A stretch of DNA of 64,000 nt, from NCBI GenBank assembly GCA_015680685.1, contig MNCI01000556.1, positions 1,641,634 through 1,705,633 of the forward strand, given 5' to 3'. The notes beneath the pieces were generated by a model. It searched no databases. It had not been told where the DNA came from and saw nothing but the letters and a program-made list of their open reading frames with translations. This DNA comes from Gnetum montanum (taxonomy: Eukaryota > Plantae > Gnetophyta). A program made the translations under genes and the position numbers. This document shows positions 27,243-40,250 of the stretch, one piece after another. Every line of letters begins with the position of its first letter. Position 1 is the first letter of the stretch.

Positions 27243-30008
27243 TCATGTAGTTCTTGGTGGCAGTGGCTCCTCCATTGGTACCTTCCCTTTGTCTTGTGCT
27301 CTAGGCATTGAGGCTTGATGGTGTTGAAGCATGGCCTAGAGCTTCTCCTCTTCAATTATAGGGTCTTGTGCTGTCCATGCTAGTGTTCAAATATTTGATG
27401 GATTCAGCACCTCCCACGAATAGAGTAGTTTCTGGAACATCTAATTGGCCTTGACATACTAAGCCATGAACACCTGTCATTCCTCCTCATAGACTCTGGC
27501 TTTGTTCTTTTATTCATGAAGATCTATTGGCTGTCAAGCCAAGTTATTTGTGAAATCTTTCTGTCCTTGGTAAATGGCTTTTACCACCTCCAGTTCAAAA
27601 TTTGCAAAATCTAGTTCTATCAGCTTCTTGCTTTCTACAAATTCCACTTCATATTTGATGTGGGTGGTTGCTACCTGCTACTTGAGCTCTAACCTCAAGC
27701 ATCCTGATATCAACATGGCAATATTGACATATCTTAGGTTTGCCAACTCCATGTACTCTATTAAGTCTTAAATCTACAGGTCCCAGTTCTTAACTTCCTC
27801 TTGGTGGGCAAAGGCATATGTGTCCAATATGGCTCGCCAGCCAGTGTGTTGAGCACTGATGGTGTTGATTTGGGACTTGGACATATGGATCTCCTTCTAT
27901 AGGATTTGTTTGTACATCCCCACCTAATCATAGAAATGCTTCCTCAACTTTTCATGTCATTTAGCCTCATTCTACCATGCACTTATCTCAATCATCAACT
28001 TTTGATGAATGGTGCATACCTCCTCCATTGAGAGGGTTTGATTTTCTCTAGCTAAATGGCATATGTCCTAGTTGGCCCGAATGAATTTTTCTTATAGTTG
28101 ATGAAAGTGTTCATCGAGAATGTTATTTTACTTTTCTACAGTGGTCAACCGAAGGTTGTTAGTTGTAAGATGTTTATTTTCTTCTTACAAGGCCTTGAGT
28201 GCCTTAAGATGCGCATGGGTTTGTGCTTGTGCTACGGAGGCATCCCACACAACCTTCTCCTTTTCATCCATCACCATCTTATTCTCGACGATTAATTTTT
28301 TTATTTTCTCGATCCTAAATTTTTCTAGCTAGTCTATGAGAACAAATTGCAAAGGATCCCGCTGTGCTGCTTGTAAGGCCACGAGCTACTCTTATAGTTT
28401 CTGCACTTCAGATTCAGCATGCTCTACCCTTACTTTTATTAAGACCAGATTCCTCTTTGTGGAAATGAGGTCTAATTGAATTGCTATTACATCTTGAGGC
28501 ATGTCAAATAGGGACAGCATTACTTGCCCTGTTTGAAGCAATCTATCAAATGCATCCTCATGTTTTGTAGGAGTCATTGAGGTAACAGCTAGAGTTTGAG
28601 CATTCAGTGCTCCTGTGAGATTTACTAGTGGCACAACAGGTATGTTGAAGGATTATTTGATGTGATCAGTGACCACATCTGTAGCTCCTATGGAATTCTA
28701 GTGTTGCATGACCACCACAATGCCCCCTTCACCAGTCTCTAACTACACCTGGAAAGATGCTATGTTTCTTGAGATCTATTGTGACCATCTACTTTCCCCT
28801 CCTCCTATGTGAATGGAGACTTCACCCCTTATGTAATCTAATGAAATATTAGGCTACCTAGCATCATCGATGATGCAAAATAGGTTTTCGTCATCATGAC
28901 TTTCCCAGTTGATCATCTCAGCGATGGCCCTAAGATGGTTCATTGACGGTCAATAGTCTTGTAGCAGCGACGATGGCTAATCCTGGCCTAAGCTGGGCCC
29001 TACTTCTTGTTGTTAGCTAGGACCTATGGTTGGAGGTTGACTTGGTCTAGCCATATGTTGTTCTTCTTGTTTTGGTCCCAACTCTTTGCTAGTGCTTTTT
29101 CTTGGAGTTGGCTCCTTTAGTAATTTAGCATATGAAGCAGTTTGGGCTTTTTGGAGGACTTCATTGGTGTATCCCCAAATACCAGCACATCGGCAAAGCT
29201 TTCTAATAACACAAGGGAAAGGTAGTGCCATCTTCCCTATCTTCTGTTCTTCAAACCACCTCAAGATCTCCATAAAATATAGATGGGGTAGGTTAGTGTT
29301 AACCTTTCCCATTAGCACTGCACATCCTCTAGCCGCATATGTCGATATTCTTTTTAGGCCCTTTGTGGGGAAGTGGTGATATGTTCCAATTTTAAAGTAA
29401 ACTCTCTCTTCCATCATCAATTCACCAAATGCTTTTTCTCCACCATAAGCCTTTTCCAACCAATCCTTTCACACATTGGGGTCTGAACGGTTGGATAACC
29501 GAGCAACCTAGTGCCCTGTATTCATAAGGTTTAATAATTTTGATATGGCTTGCTCAGAGAAGTCAACTATCACACCACAAATATTAATAGTGGTTCCTTG
29601 CTCCATATTGTGCCAAAATTGGTACATCTCTCCTAGGTACCAGGCAGGGCTTTCAGAGAGGGTAGGCCACAATGGGGATCCTTTGAGATGATCCCTAACG
29701 GCCTCAGGAGTAAACTCTATGAATGATTCAAAGTTCAAATCCACAATCACCAGAACAAATGTGGACTTTTCATGGATAGCCTGAACACAATCTTGGGGCA
29801 ACATGAGTTTTTGTCTTGATTCAGGCACTGCAGCAACTCCTCCTTCTACCTGCCCAGACCATCCAGTAGGAGGTTCGTCTTGATGAATGTTGAATGATTG
29901 CTTCTCCTATTTTGCATGTTGTCTGTTAGGTCTTTGTCTTCCACCTCTCCAATCTCGTTTGCTTCCACCTTGGGTAGGACCTTCCTGTTGTCCATGTTTC
30001 AGGGCCAT
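27243..30008 (-). pseudogene. Extra (env-like) ORF of element B, 922 codons, Transposase_32-like domain plus coiled coil
   Basis: ATG 30008 to TGA 27243. The track ORFs 29508-29828, 29013-29459 and 28392-28634 are all in this frame. Motifs EMYQFWHN...ICGVIVDFSEQAISKLLNL and LPFPCVIRKLCRCAGI resemble Athila env-like ORFs. Confidence 0.8.
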
Positions 30009-30479
30009 CTACAATCACACGTGCCAAGAGTTAGTATGGTTGTTTTTTTAAGTTAAGTTATACCTTATTGCTTGCCTTAATTAATGATCTTATGTTATCA
30101 TGTATGATAGTGCCTGAAAGTTTGTAATAATGAGTCCTATGAATTAGGTGGTTTCCATTTTAGTTTCCTGGTATACCTAGGGATTAAATGATTTTTAGGC
30201 ACAATTATTCTAAGTGTTATAGTTAATTACCCTAGCCAATGTCCTTTGGGCGATGAAAAATTTCAAAAAAAATTAAGCACTTTTCAGCAAGTTTCCCTAC
30301 CCCACGACTAAACTAAACACTCCAGGTTCTAGTAGGTTCAAACAGAATTAAAATTGGAGTACTAGCGAGCGAGATAGAGTGAGAAAAGCAAGGGTTGCAC
30401 AATCGCAAGTTACAAAGAAAAATTTCAAAAACTCCCCATATGTGAATGACAAAATGATGCTAAGTGTTATGGGGGGTGA

Positions 30480-30530
30480 CCTATTTATATGTGGTGGGGA
30501 CGCAATATTTCATATGCAATATCACATCTC
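30480..30530 (-). promoter_or_regulatory. Putative internal promoter of the element B extra ORF (GCGATATCGC-derived motifs + TATA)
   Basis: Minus strand GTGATATTGCATATGAAATATTGCGTCCCCACCACATATAAATAGG; TATAAATA at 30482-30489. Confidence 0.55.
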
Positions 30531-31905
30531 TAGTGACATGAGACACCACAAAAATCCTAAATTTTTTAAGGGTTATTTTGAAATTAATGTTGGAAATTGA
30601 GGACATTAGCTATTATCAAGAAGGTCTAGGGCAATTGCATTATGTTCAGAGGCACAATTAATGTTGATGGTATGGTTTTTATCAATAAAACCTTAGGTGG
30701 TAAGAAAAAGGGTATGTAATGGTACATTGGAATGTTAAAATTTAGAGGGATAATAGTAGGGAAAGAAGATCAATTGAAAAATTATGCTAAGGGTAAGAAA
30801 TGGTGTCTGTGAGTGATGTCATAAGTGAAGATTACAAAAGATTACACAAGTGGGTCCTCCCCAAAGTAGGTTCCAACCTATAATGCCCTTGTGTAACCAT
30901 ACTTAAAGTGTTCGTGGGCACTAGAAGGGTTAGATGTAATCCGCACTAACTTCACAACACACACACATGTAAATATCACCAGAATGAGATGAAAATTCTA
31001 TGCTACATGGGACACGAGCTACAATTACATGAACAGTGAGATGAGACAAACTATAGAAAGGGATCGTAGAGATTGGGACATGAGGTAATTGACCCAGGGT
31101 ATAGTGAATCCTATGTGTAAAGCATGATTAAGGTGTCATTACCCCATCATTTCAAGATCAGGACCAAGTCCATTCCTCTAATCAGTGACATTGCATTGTT
31201 TCATCCCATGATGAGCGACTATGAGAGTACCATAACAACAAGGCATACGATCACTTGATGTTTTATTCAAGGGAGGAGTGATTTTTTTATGGCACATTGT
31301 TTTTTTTTCTTTTTTTCTTTTTTGAATACTAAATCCAAAGAAGCTGCCAACCTTCAGGCATGGGTGCATGTCTTTCTAGTAGGAGCCCCTAACATAGCAT
31401 TAATTTTTAAGTGCCCTTTTTTATTACTCTTACTCCCATTTTTCATTAGATCTACAAGGATCTTAGTATAACCACGTTGCATGATAACACCCACAAACGT
31501 CACCAAAGAGAATCTGCAAATCCCCTTGTTGTCACATCCTAAACATTCCCTTTTGGTCCATCCTTCTCCAATCTAGGTACAATGAACACAAAATTAATTT
31601 TAATTTTTAAAAATGTCAAGAATATCATTGTACCCTTGAACAGAACCTATTATTTGTAGAGTGGATGAGTGGGTGTAATGGGCTCACTATCCAAATAATT
31701 GATCACTCATGACTTAATAACATAGAACATACCTCAACCAACAATGCACATGAGTGTGTTATTCATAGATGAGATTACTTACAAAAACGTAAAAAAGACA
31801 AAAACACAAAAAGATAAAAAGATAAAACAAAAAGTTGAAAAATGAAAAACTAGAAATCAAAAATTGAAAAATTAAAGAAAAATAAAAAGTTATTAATCCT
31901 TATTG

Positions 31906-33891
31906 TTATTGGAATGGGGGATATCCCCCATAACTAATCAGTTGAACATGGAAAGGATTAATAAATGAAGGGTGAGGATCCTTGCATGTTGGAAAAATTG
32001 GAACTAGTCCATACTTACCCCATTGGGGTTCACACACTTGATTATAGTAAGCATAGTGGGGCACTTGATATGATGTAGTTCCCAGATAATGAGTTGACTC
32101 ACTATGATGTTTGGGACCATTAGATGGTATGCAAGGATTGGGTTGTTGCTCTCCATGTCTGTGTTCATTGGGCCGTATGATTGTTGGAGTGTGAGTCGGT
32201 AGCCCTAATGAAGTTACATGAGGTGTTGGGTTCAAAGGTAAGGGTGCATCACAATGTGGGACTTGTGATGAGTTGGAAGATGTAGTGGCCTCGGAATTGT
32301 GTTGTCCCTTCTTACAGCCATGTTTAAAGAGGGGGTGCTTTTGATGTTGCTGAGGATTCTCATAGCTATTGGTAGTAGCAGCACAAGTCGTGTTCATGGG
32401 TTGTTGCTATGGTATGAACACCTTAGGAATAGTTGATGCAAATGTAGAAGGAGGGAAAGGATGAGAATGTTGAAAGTTAGGAGGAGTATAAGGTGCATAA
32501 GGTGGTGGTTGTGTTGGAGGCATGGGTTGATAGTATTAAGGAGAATGGTACTGTGGTGAGATAGAGTATGTTGGCTCAGTTGGAGAAATAGGATGTTAAA
32601 CATGATAAGAATTTGGATTTGGATGATATGAAGGGTGTCACTAGTCTAATGGTGGATTCCCCCATGATTGGGATTTTTTCCATTGTGATCGAACAAAGTA
32701 TCTCTGTATGAACTCTGGATATAATGTGTTTCTCCAATGCTCATGTAAATGTGACAAGATTGGGCATTGGCCCTTGGGGTGATTGTATAGGCATATATTG
32801 CATTCATACGTATGATTGGAAATTGAGCTCTTATTTTCCTTATCCCTTTTTTTTGATTGTCTACTATTTCGTTGTGCTTCTTGGGTTGTCAAAACTCTAT
32901 CTCCAATATTGTTGATAAATTCTTTGCACTTTTGATACGTCCATTCCAACATCTTATTGATCTTTGCCTTGACTTCTTCTAAGGTTTTTTGTGATGGAAA
33001 ATATGATTTTTCCACCTTGAGATTGGTTAATTTTTCCTTTTTACTATCATGGACCTTTGTTGAGTTAAGATTTTGGTCCTATTGATGTTTTTCAACACTC
33101 TCCCATATAGCCATATTGCCTTCTTCTTTTACTACCCCCTTAATAAGCTCTTGGACTTGATGGGTTTGTAGTTCATATAATTGACCTTGGGCATACATTC
33201 CTAACATCTCTCTTGTTTCATTATGTAGCCCATCAATGATATGATACATTAGCCTTTCCTCGAAAAACCCATGGCCTGGATAGTTATTTAATAGTTTATA
33301 ATATCTTTCTAAGGCCATGTCCAAGGGTTCATGTTGTGCTTGTTTCCACTATTGGATTTGTTTCCTCAAGGCTAAAGCTCTTGTACAGGTTTGATATTTT
33401 TCATTAAAAACTTCTACCATTGTTGACCAACGTCGTATTGAATTTGGCTTTAACGATCAATACCATACTTTTTCTTGGTCGAAGAGTGTCATGGGAAAGA
33501 GCTTAAGTTTTTGCCACCCATTATCAATGTTGTTCCATGTGCAGGTATCGTAGAAGGCTTGTAAATGTGGATGCAGATATAAGTCATAGCCTCTTGAAAA
33601 ATTGGGAAAGTTATTTAAATCAAGCCTCGGTAGATGGCTCTCTTTACGATGCCTATGGGATATTCGAACGACCTCTTGTATTTGCGTTAAGCTTGTAGTG
33701 ACTAGTGGGGGTTCATTGTCATTATGTAAGTTATGCTTCCATGTGTTAGAATGACGTTGCTTTTGTTCATGTTTATAAGAAACTCCCACTTTAGGTTGTA
33801 GACTCCAATCTTCATCTTCATATAGTTCGTTGGTTCTCCAATGAACTTCCTCATTAGGTGTGGAGTTATTATAATCTCGTAGGAGAGGCAT
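31906..33891 (-). pseudogene. gag: gag of element B (662 codons, single frame with internal stops)
   Basis: HLQAFYDTC...KLKLFPMTLFDQEKVWY, ERYYKLLNNYPGHGF, knuckle CNICLYNHPKGQC; four track ORFs share one frame. Confidence 0.85.
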
Positions 33892-35577
33892 TGTTTTGTG
33901 TGAATTTATGTGACTTTTTATAATTAATTATTTCTAAGAGATATATCGTTAAGTCCTATACAGTAACCTTGTATGATATAACTAATCTAGATAACTAGCA
34001 CCGTCCCCAACAACAATACCAATGATGAGTGGCGAGGTACCCCTACACTTAACCATACAAATACGAGTGTTTTCACGTGTGCTCCGGTCAAACTCTACAA
34101 ACCGACTAATTGTGACACCTAGACAGTTATCCTTAGGTCACAGTTCACTGTCTTCCCACCTAGACTAGTATTATATTTGTCACATATGGTTTAGTCCAGA
34201 GTGAGGTGTATGATAGGTTCCTAATCTAATGCTAGTCCTGAAGGCAATGGAAGGTAATATTAACTACGCTAAACTAGGAGAGAAAAGGTAAAAGGATCTA
34301 ATCTAGCCTCAGTGCGATAAGAATCCATTCCTTGATCATCCATACACATCTTGGACTTCGTGCATGACTACCACTAGGATTACCAAGCATAGATCCTAGG
34401 TATGCCACTGGGTTACCAAGTAATCACACTTAAATGCTCATAATCAAGTTGTACTCATTCCATGGTTTAACATGAGATAAGCGTGAGAGAGACTAATTAG
34501 GAAAGAAGTAAATAACAATTAAATAAATAAATAAATAAATTAAATGGTAGAATGATGAAGTAATCTCGATCTTTATTTCCGGTTGTGTGCATGTCCAAGT
34601 ACATCACACTCGAATAAAGGATGTTGTACAATTACATTCACCACACTACGGGTAGACACTGGAAAATAATGTATCTCTTGAGGGATCAAACTGCCACAGT
34701 TTTGCTACTGTCTAACCTATCAATATCTAAACAAGGGAGAGCTACTTCTTATTTATAGACATTGTGACGGACTACAATATCACGTACATGATATCGTAGG
34801 GGACAACGAAATATCGCAGGGGATGCAATATCGCGGCCTATGCGATATCACGTCCCATCACATAGCAAGAAAGAATTGCACATGGAATGTGTATTTCAAA
34901 TATTCATGGTTTTTACCATAACCCTTTTCATTATTACAATATCATTTATTGAATCTAAATTTAAATAATTACTATAATCCTGCCATTTCATAAATAGTAC
35001 CCAACTTTTATAGATTTATATTAGAATTATAGAGTTATAGACATTAAAAAATGAGCTATCCACTCTAGAAAATTATCATTGGAAGCTTATGTGACTATAA
35101 AGTAAAAGAATATGACGTAGTGACCACTTCAACTTCCTTTAATTTGAACAATTTTGTTGTAAATTATAATTTAACCGTATGCATGAAATATGTGTTTAAT
35201 ACAATGTAGGGTAGATCAGAGTATAGGATGGATGATTCAGGTAGGGCTTGTAAAAGAACAACTACTTTTCCTAGATATCCTAGCCATTGCCAGAGGCAAG
35301 GAGTTTGAAGTTGGAAAAAGGGATGTTTGAGCCCAATCTTAATTAGTAGTTCATAGAATCTTAATTCAACTCTTGTTATTAGTAGAAGAATTAATGTTAG
35401 TTATTCACATGGTAGATTTATTTTCCTTAGATATATTTCTCAATTATATTGTTATTATAAATTAAATAGGATAATATTAAAACCATATTTAAAAAGGAGA
35501 TATAAAAGTATTAGAGCATAAAGAAAGATCCATATGTAGACTTATTTGAGAATGAACAAAAGCTAAGGAGAGTTTTT

Positions 35578-36066
35578 TATCACATTTGTATTTATAAATG
35601 GTGTCATTGCATATCTAAGAGTTGTAATTATTATTATAAGAGCCTAAATGAAAGGGAATATTATAATTATGGATGTGCCTCTTGAGAAAACCTTTGAGGA
35701 TTTGACCTCAGGTATTTATACTAGTAACTTTAAAGGATATACTAGCATGCAGTTATAGAATTAGTAATATTGGGTAATTGAAGATAAGTGAAGTGGAAGA
35801 AGGAAGGTAGTGATTATCCCTTCTTGCCACGTTTAGGCCTAACCATGGTATTAGTCTTAGGGTTGCTTATAATGGATAGATGTCAAAGAAAGAACATTTC
35901 ATGAATTCTAAGCATGACTTAGATTCATTCATTAAATTCTAATGTTCTTATTTATAGAATTTATTTTGATTTCATTTTACATTTTATCTATCATGTTTAA
36001 TATTCATAATATTAAATATAATTTATTTTTAATTTTTTCCAATGCATCTTAGAATGAAATATCACA
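35578..36066 (+). mobile_element. Decayed solo LTR of the chromovirus family
   Basis: Shares GATTATCCCTTC...TAGGCCTAACCATGGT with 21480-21540 (rc), 39020-39100 and 46890-46960; ends ATATCACA. Start is approximate. Confidence 0.6.
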
Positions 36067-36659
36067 ATCCTAGATTTAAAAGACTTTGAAAGCTTCATTA
36101 CCTTCCTAATATTAAATATTTTAAGTGGTATCTTTTCTAGTAAGGTCCTTCCTATTAGATGAAATTTCATGTAGTTGGGTGTGCCTTAACCTAAATATAT
36201 GACATACAATTAGTTGATGATTTTATTTTTTGCATGCATATTAGGAATTGGGCCTCTATTATTCTTAATGATTTCTTTCGTAATTGGAATTAAGCTCTTC
36301 TTGGAGATGATCTTTTCATTTCTAAGGTATTTCTTTCTATTTGAAAGTACTTGAATCTTTGTATTTTACATATTATTTGGAGAATTAGATATGATATGAT
36401 TTCATGATCATGAATTTATCCATGGTGAATTCACAATGGTTTAAAAGATCAACATTATTCAACTTGGTTTTCAAGTTAAGTCTTAAGTTGATCATGCTTT
36501 AGTAGAGGTTAATAATCTTTTTTAACTGATGGAATCTTATACTACCAATATTATTATAAATTTTTTTTAGCGTATGCTTAACCCTTAGAATGGCTCTCTA
36601 TTATTTCTTCCACATATTTTCTCTTATTTTGGTAGCTAACAAATTATTAAAACATTTAA

Positions 36660-37011
36660 TGAAAACTAAAACTAAATCTTCATTGCTTTTGAAAACTCAT
36701 AGGATCAATTGGATTAATATTAAATTTTCATGAAAAGTAAAGATAGACTCTACAAATTAATTAAGTACCAATGGGAGCAATAGAAACATATCATACAAGT
36801 TTTTTATTGTAACATTATAATACTATTTCAAATGGGTAGTTACAAAATAAAAAAGAAGTACATGTAATCAATAGATATGATCTTCTCAAAAGAGTTAAAT
36901 TGATCTTTCATTTTAAATCCTAAGATGATTTAAACTTAAGTGAAGCTTATTGATGGTACTTTGATATTTGATTGGAAGAGTTGTCAAGAGATAGTGAGCT
37001 TCTACATCTAA
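36660..37011 (-). mobile_element. Second copy of the LINE remnant
   Basis: Colinear with ~24165-24543. Confidence 0.65.
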
Positions 37012-37160
37012 TGTAACATCCTATTCCCAAATGTCATGGCAAGCGCCAAATATATGTTATAGTATACATTATTTGTATGGAAATAATATACCAAACATCA
37101 CATATATGTAACATTCAACATTACATGTGAAGAAGATAATAGGGAAAATGCAGAAGAAAA
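37012..37160 (-). mobile_element. Terminal fragment of chromovirus-family LTR
   Basis: TGTAACATC...ATGTCATGG...CCAAATATATGTT colinear with 20115-20265. Confidence 0.7.
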
Positions 37161-38791
37161 GAGAAAGGAATGCTTTTTGAGAGTGTTCTTTGGGGTTTTC
37201 TTCCTTTGAATATTTATTTTTTCTAAGTTACCAAGCTATTGAAGTTAATTTCGATGAAAGGAGTTAAGGAGAAAGATCAAGCTTTACCTTCTAGAACATT
37301 ATCATCTTGCCATATTTTCTTAATGCAAGAACTACAACTACATTCATTGGCCCCTAAAGATGAATAAAGAATAGGAAGCTTCTTAATACTTATTTTATTT
37401 CTTATTTTATCTATTTTTCTTTCTTTATTTAATTTCTACTCTTCAAATTAGGTAAAAAAAATATTCTCAAGTGATACAAGTTAAGAATAAGGATTTTTCC
37501 TAATTTCACATAGCTAATCAAAAAATATGTGATGCACATACTGTAACTCAAAATATGTTTAAAAATTAAGTATTTTTAAACAACTCAAAATTAGTAGAAC
37601 TACTTATAAAGCAATATTAAATGTATTTTTGAAATTATAACCTAAATATTTACTTACACTAAGATCCCTTTGAGTCAAAATTTCTTTTATCGAATATTTT
37701 CTTTTACATTACAACACAATGGTATTGAAACTAACCATGCCAAAATCATTACAACTAAGTTAAGACCTCATTATTAATTTAATTTCTAAACCTTTCAATC
37801 ATTGTAGCATTTTAATGTACCAAGTAAAAAGGTGACCTAAAATTAGTCTACATGAGCTTTATGATAACAAGGGCTAGCTTTCAAAGTTTATATGATGCAT
37901 GCTAAAACATGTAGTCAAATTAGAACTTTATATCAATTCAAACTTGGCTTCTTTATAAAAGAATGTATAACCATCCATGTTGTGATTTTTGCAATAGGCT
38001 AATCTATACAACTCAAAAGAATAACTTCCATAAAAACCTTTTTCCTTATAAATACCTTTGTATCTCATCTTTCGCAAGTTTGGTTGAAATTGGTATAGAA
38101 ATTCCAATGGAAAGACATTTTATAGGAATAAGAAATTAACATACAAATCTTGTAACTCTACTAAGATGCATGGATATGGATATTCATGCAAGTCTAAGGC
38201 CCATGGTGGACATAGCAAATATTGTCTCTCGCTAGCTAGGGATCTTGTAGGCACATTGTATGTTGCAAGTTTTGTTCTCATTCTTGGATTTTCTCTTGGA
38301 TCACTACTCTGTATGGGTATCATACACCTTGTCAAAATGACATGAATTCCTATGTTATTCTCCTATATGATTTAATTGTAAGATGAATTGATATACATCT
38401 TCTTGATTGTTCTGCTTCACCAACTATCTCATCAATTGATTCTCCAACTAATCTTCTTGTTAACAACTAGCTACATTACCTAGACTCTTTCATGATCTTT
38501 TTTTCTACGACCCTTAGAGCACTTACTCTGGCAGTGTAACTAATGACACACTAGGGCATAGGAAGCTAAGATAATTTATCCACATAGGTTAAATACTCAA
38601 TCTTAAGATTTAGAAGGTCAAATTTATAAGTTTCAACAATTAAATTAGTACGCATAATTAGCTAGTCAAAACCAAAAGTATTATTACTAGAGATACACTT
38701 CATTGTTAACCTAAAATAATTTTTCTTAGGTAGAGCAAAGGAGGATTAGTGTTTAAAATCAAAATATTTGAAATATAGGTCCACTAATAAT

Positions 38792-38930
38792 GAGATATTA
38801 GCCTAGTGATAAGACCCTTGATCTAGAAACTCTAAGTTATAGGTTTGATTCTAGTGGGTAATGTTGATTTATAAAGTTTTGTGTAGACTATATATCTTGT
38901 AGTGTACCTATGTTTTAATTATTTCATGTT
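38792..38930 (+). mobile_element. tRNA-derived SINE-like remnant
   Basis: A-box-like TAGCCTAGTGA at 38799-38809 and B-box-like GGTTTGATTCT at 38842-38852; second copy at 24670. Confidence 0.5.
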
Positions 38931-38939
38931 CAAAAACTT

Positions 38940-39560
38940 AGAAGTCATACTATTATCAAGTTATAAAGTTGATAATGGTGGGTAATGAAAGTTATATGAA
39001 GAGAGATAAAGAAAATACTGATTATCCCTTCTAATCAAGTTTAGGCCTAACCATTATGGTAGTACTAAATTACCTCTAAGGGATACATACCAAAGAAAGA
39101 TAATCCAAAGGATCCTTAAAGCATGATCCAAATACTCTCATTTAAATTCAATTTTCTTATTAATAATATTCCTTTTTATTTTCTTCTATATATTTAATGT
39201 TTGTCATGGTATCCAAGAATGGGATGTGAAAATCAATATTAAAGTAAACCATGAACCAAGATAAATTAAAATCAAGGATAAACCTTAATCCAAAACATCC
39301 CTTAAGTAAGAGTGAACCATGGGCCACAATTGAAAGAAGACCATTAATCATCATCAGAAGAACACCATGTTCAAGATGAATTATGATCATTCAATGGGTA
39401 ATGATCTAAAGAAAATGATAACCTATGAGTAAATCAAGTTTAAGGGATTCATTGAATAGTTTATAAATATCATAGTCTTATGCAAATTAAGGTGTGGATG
39501 GGCACTATATGTCTTGTAACTTGGTGCATGTGCATATTAACTCAATATGCAGGAATGTGG
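38940..39560 (+). mobile_element. Partial chromovirus-family LTR plus start of leader
   Basis: LTR core motif at 39020-39100; AAACCATGA after a decayed PBS position (~39246). Confidence 0.5.
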
Positions 39561-39619
39561 TGGGATTGACATATATTATTTTAAAAAGTATATGTACCTA
39601 CATATTGATTTAATAATAC

Positions 39620-40250
39620 TTTATATTCTTCATGATGGCTTGATATTCTTAATTCATGAATTTCTTCCAAACTTGGATCTTTAGGGCTTCTTCCATGTTA
39701 GATAGTTCTTTGTTGAGAGATGAGTAGAAAAGGTTTTCTATTGCATTGAATCAAGTTGTTCTTTTCTTAAAATTTATGTCCAACATTTGACTTTCAAGAT
39801 TATCTCTTTGGACATATGAATTAGGATTGTCTTAAGAATCTAATTTGATATTATCTTTCTAAAACTCATTTATGCCAAATTTATCTTCAATAAATAATAC
39901 ATTCCTAGAGGAATTTCATTCATATTTAATAGGTTCATAAAACCTATAGCCACATATTTTTGTATCATGACCTAGAATTATTTATTTTCTTCCTTTGTTA
40001 TTGAGTTTGTTCAAAAATTACTTTAGATTTTTAACAAAATAATAGAATTAAAATATCTTTTTATATATAATATTTACTATTTTTTTATAGAGAATCTCAT
40101 AAGTTTTATCCTTCTTATTACTATTAATAATTATATTTGTAATATAAGTTGACAAGGTAGAGCAAAGTTACTCCTTAATCATTAAAACTTTCAAATTTCT
40201 ATAATACCAATAGCATGCAAGAAGAATAGGATGCTAAAGAAACCAAAATA
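39620..40250 (-). pseudogene. Ty1/copia pol fragment (integrase C-terminus to RT start)
   Basis: LGHDTKICGYRFYEP...SRNVLFIED and ELSNMEEALKIQVWKKFMN*EYQAIMKN. Confidence 0.7.

Larger units (their letters stand above)
26257..34860 (-). mobile_element. Non-autonomous Athila-type element (B), 8.6 kb: LTR-gag-extra ORF-LTR, no pol
   Basis: LTRs 34023-34860 (5') and 26257-27083 (3'); TSD CTTAG/CATAG (one mismatch). PBS TTGGTATTGTTGTTGGGGAC (decayed tRNA-Asp type), PPT at 27084-27100. No PR/RT/RH/IN motifs. Confidence 0.92.

Noticed and set aside
38792-38865. tRNA gene
   Set aside because: Boxes are decayed and no cloverleaf could be folded; better explained as a SINE relic.
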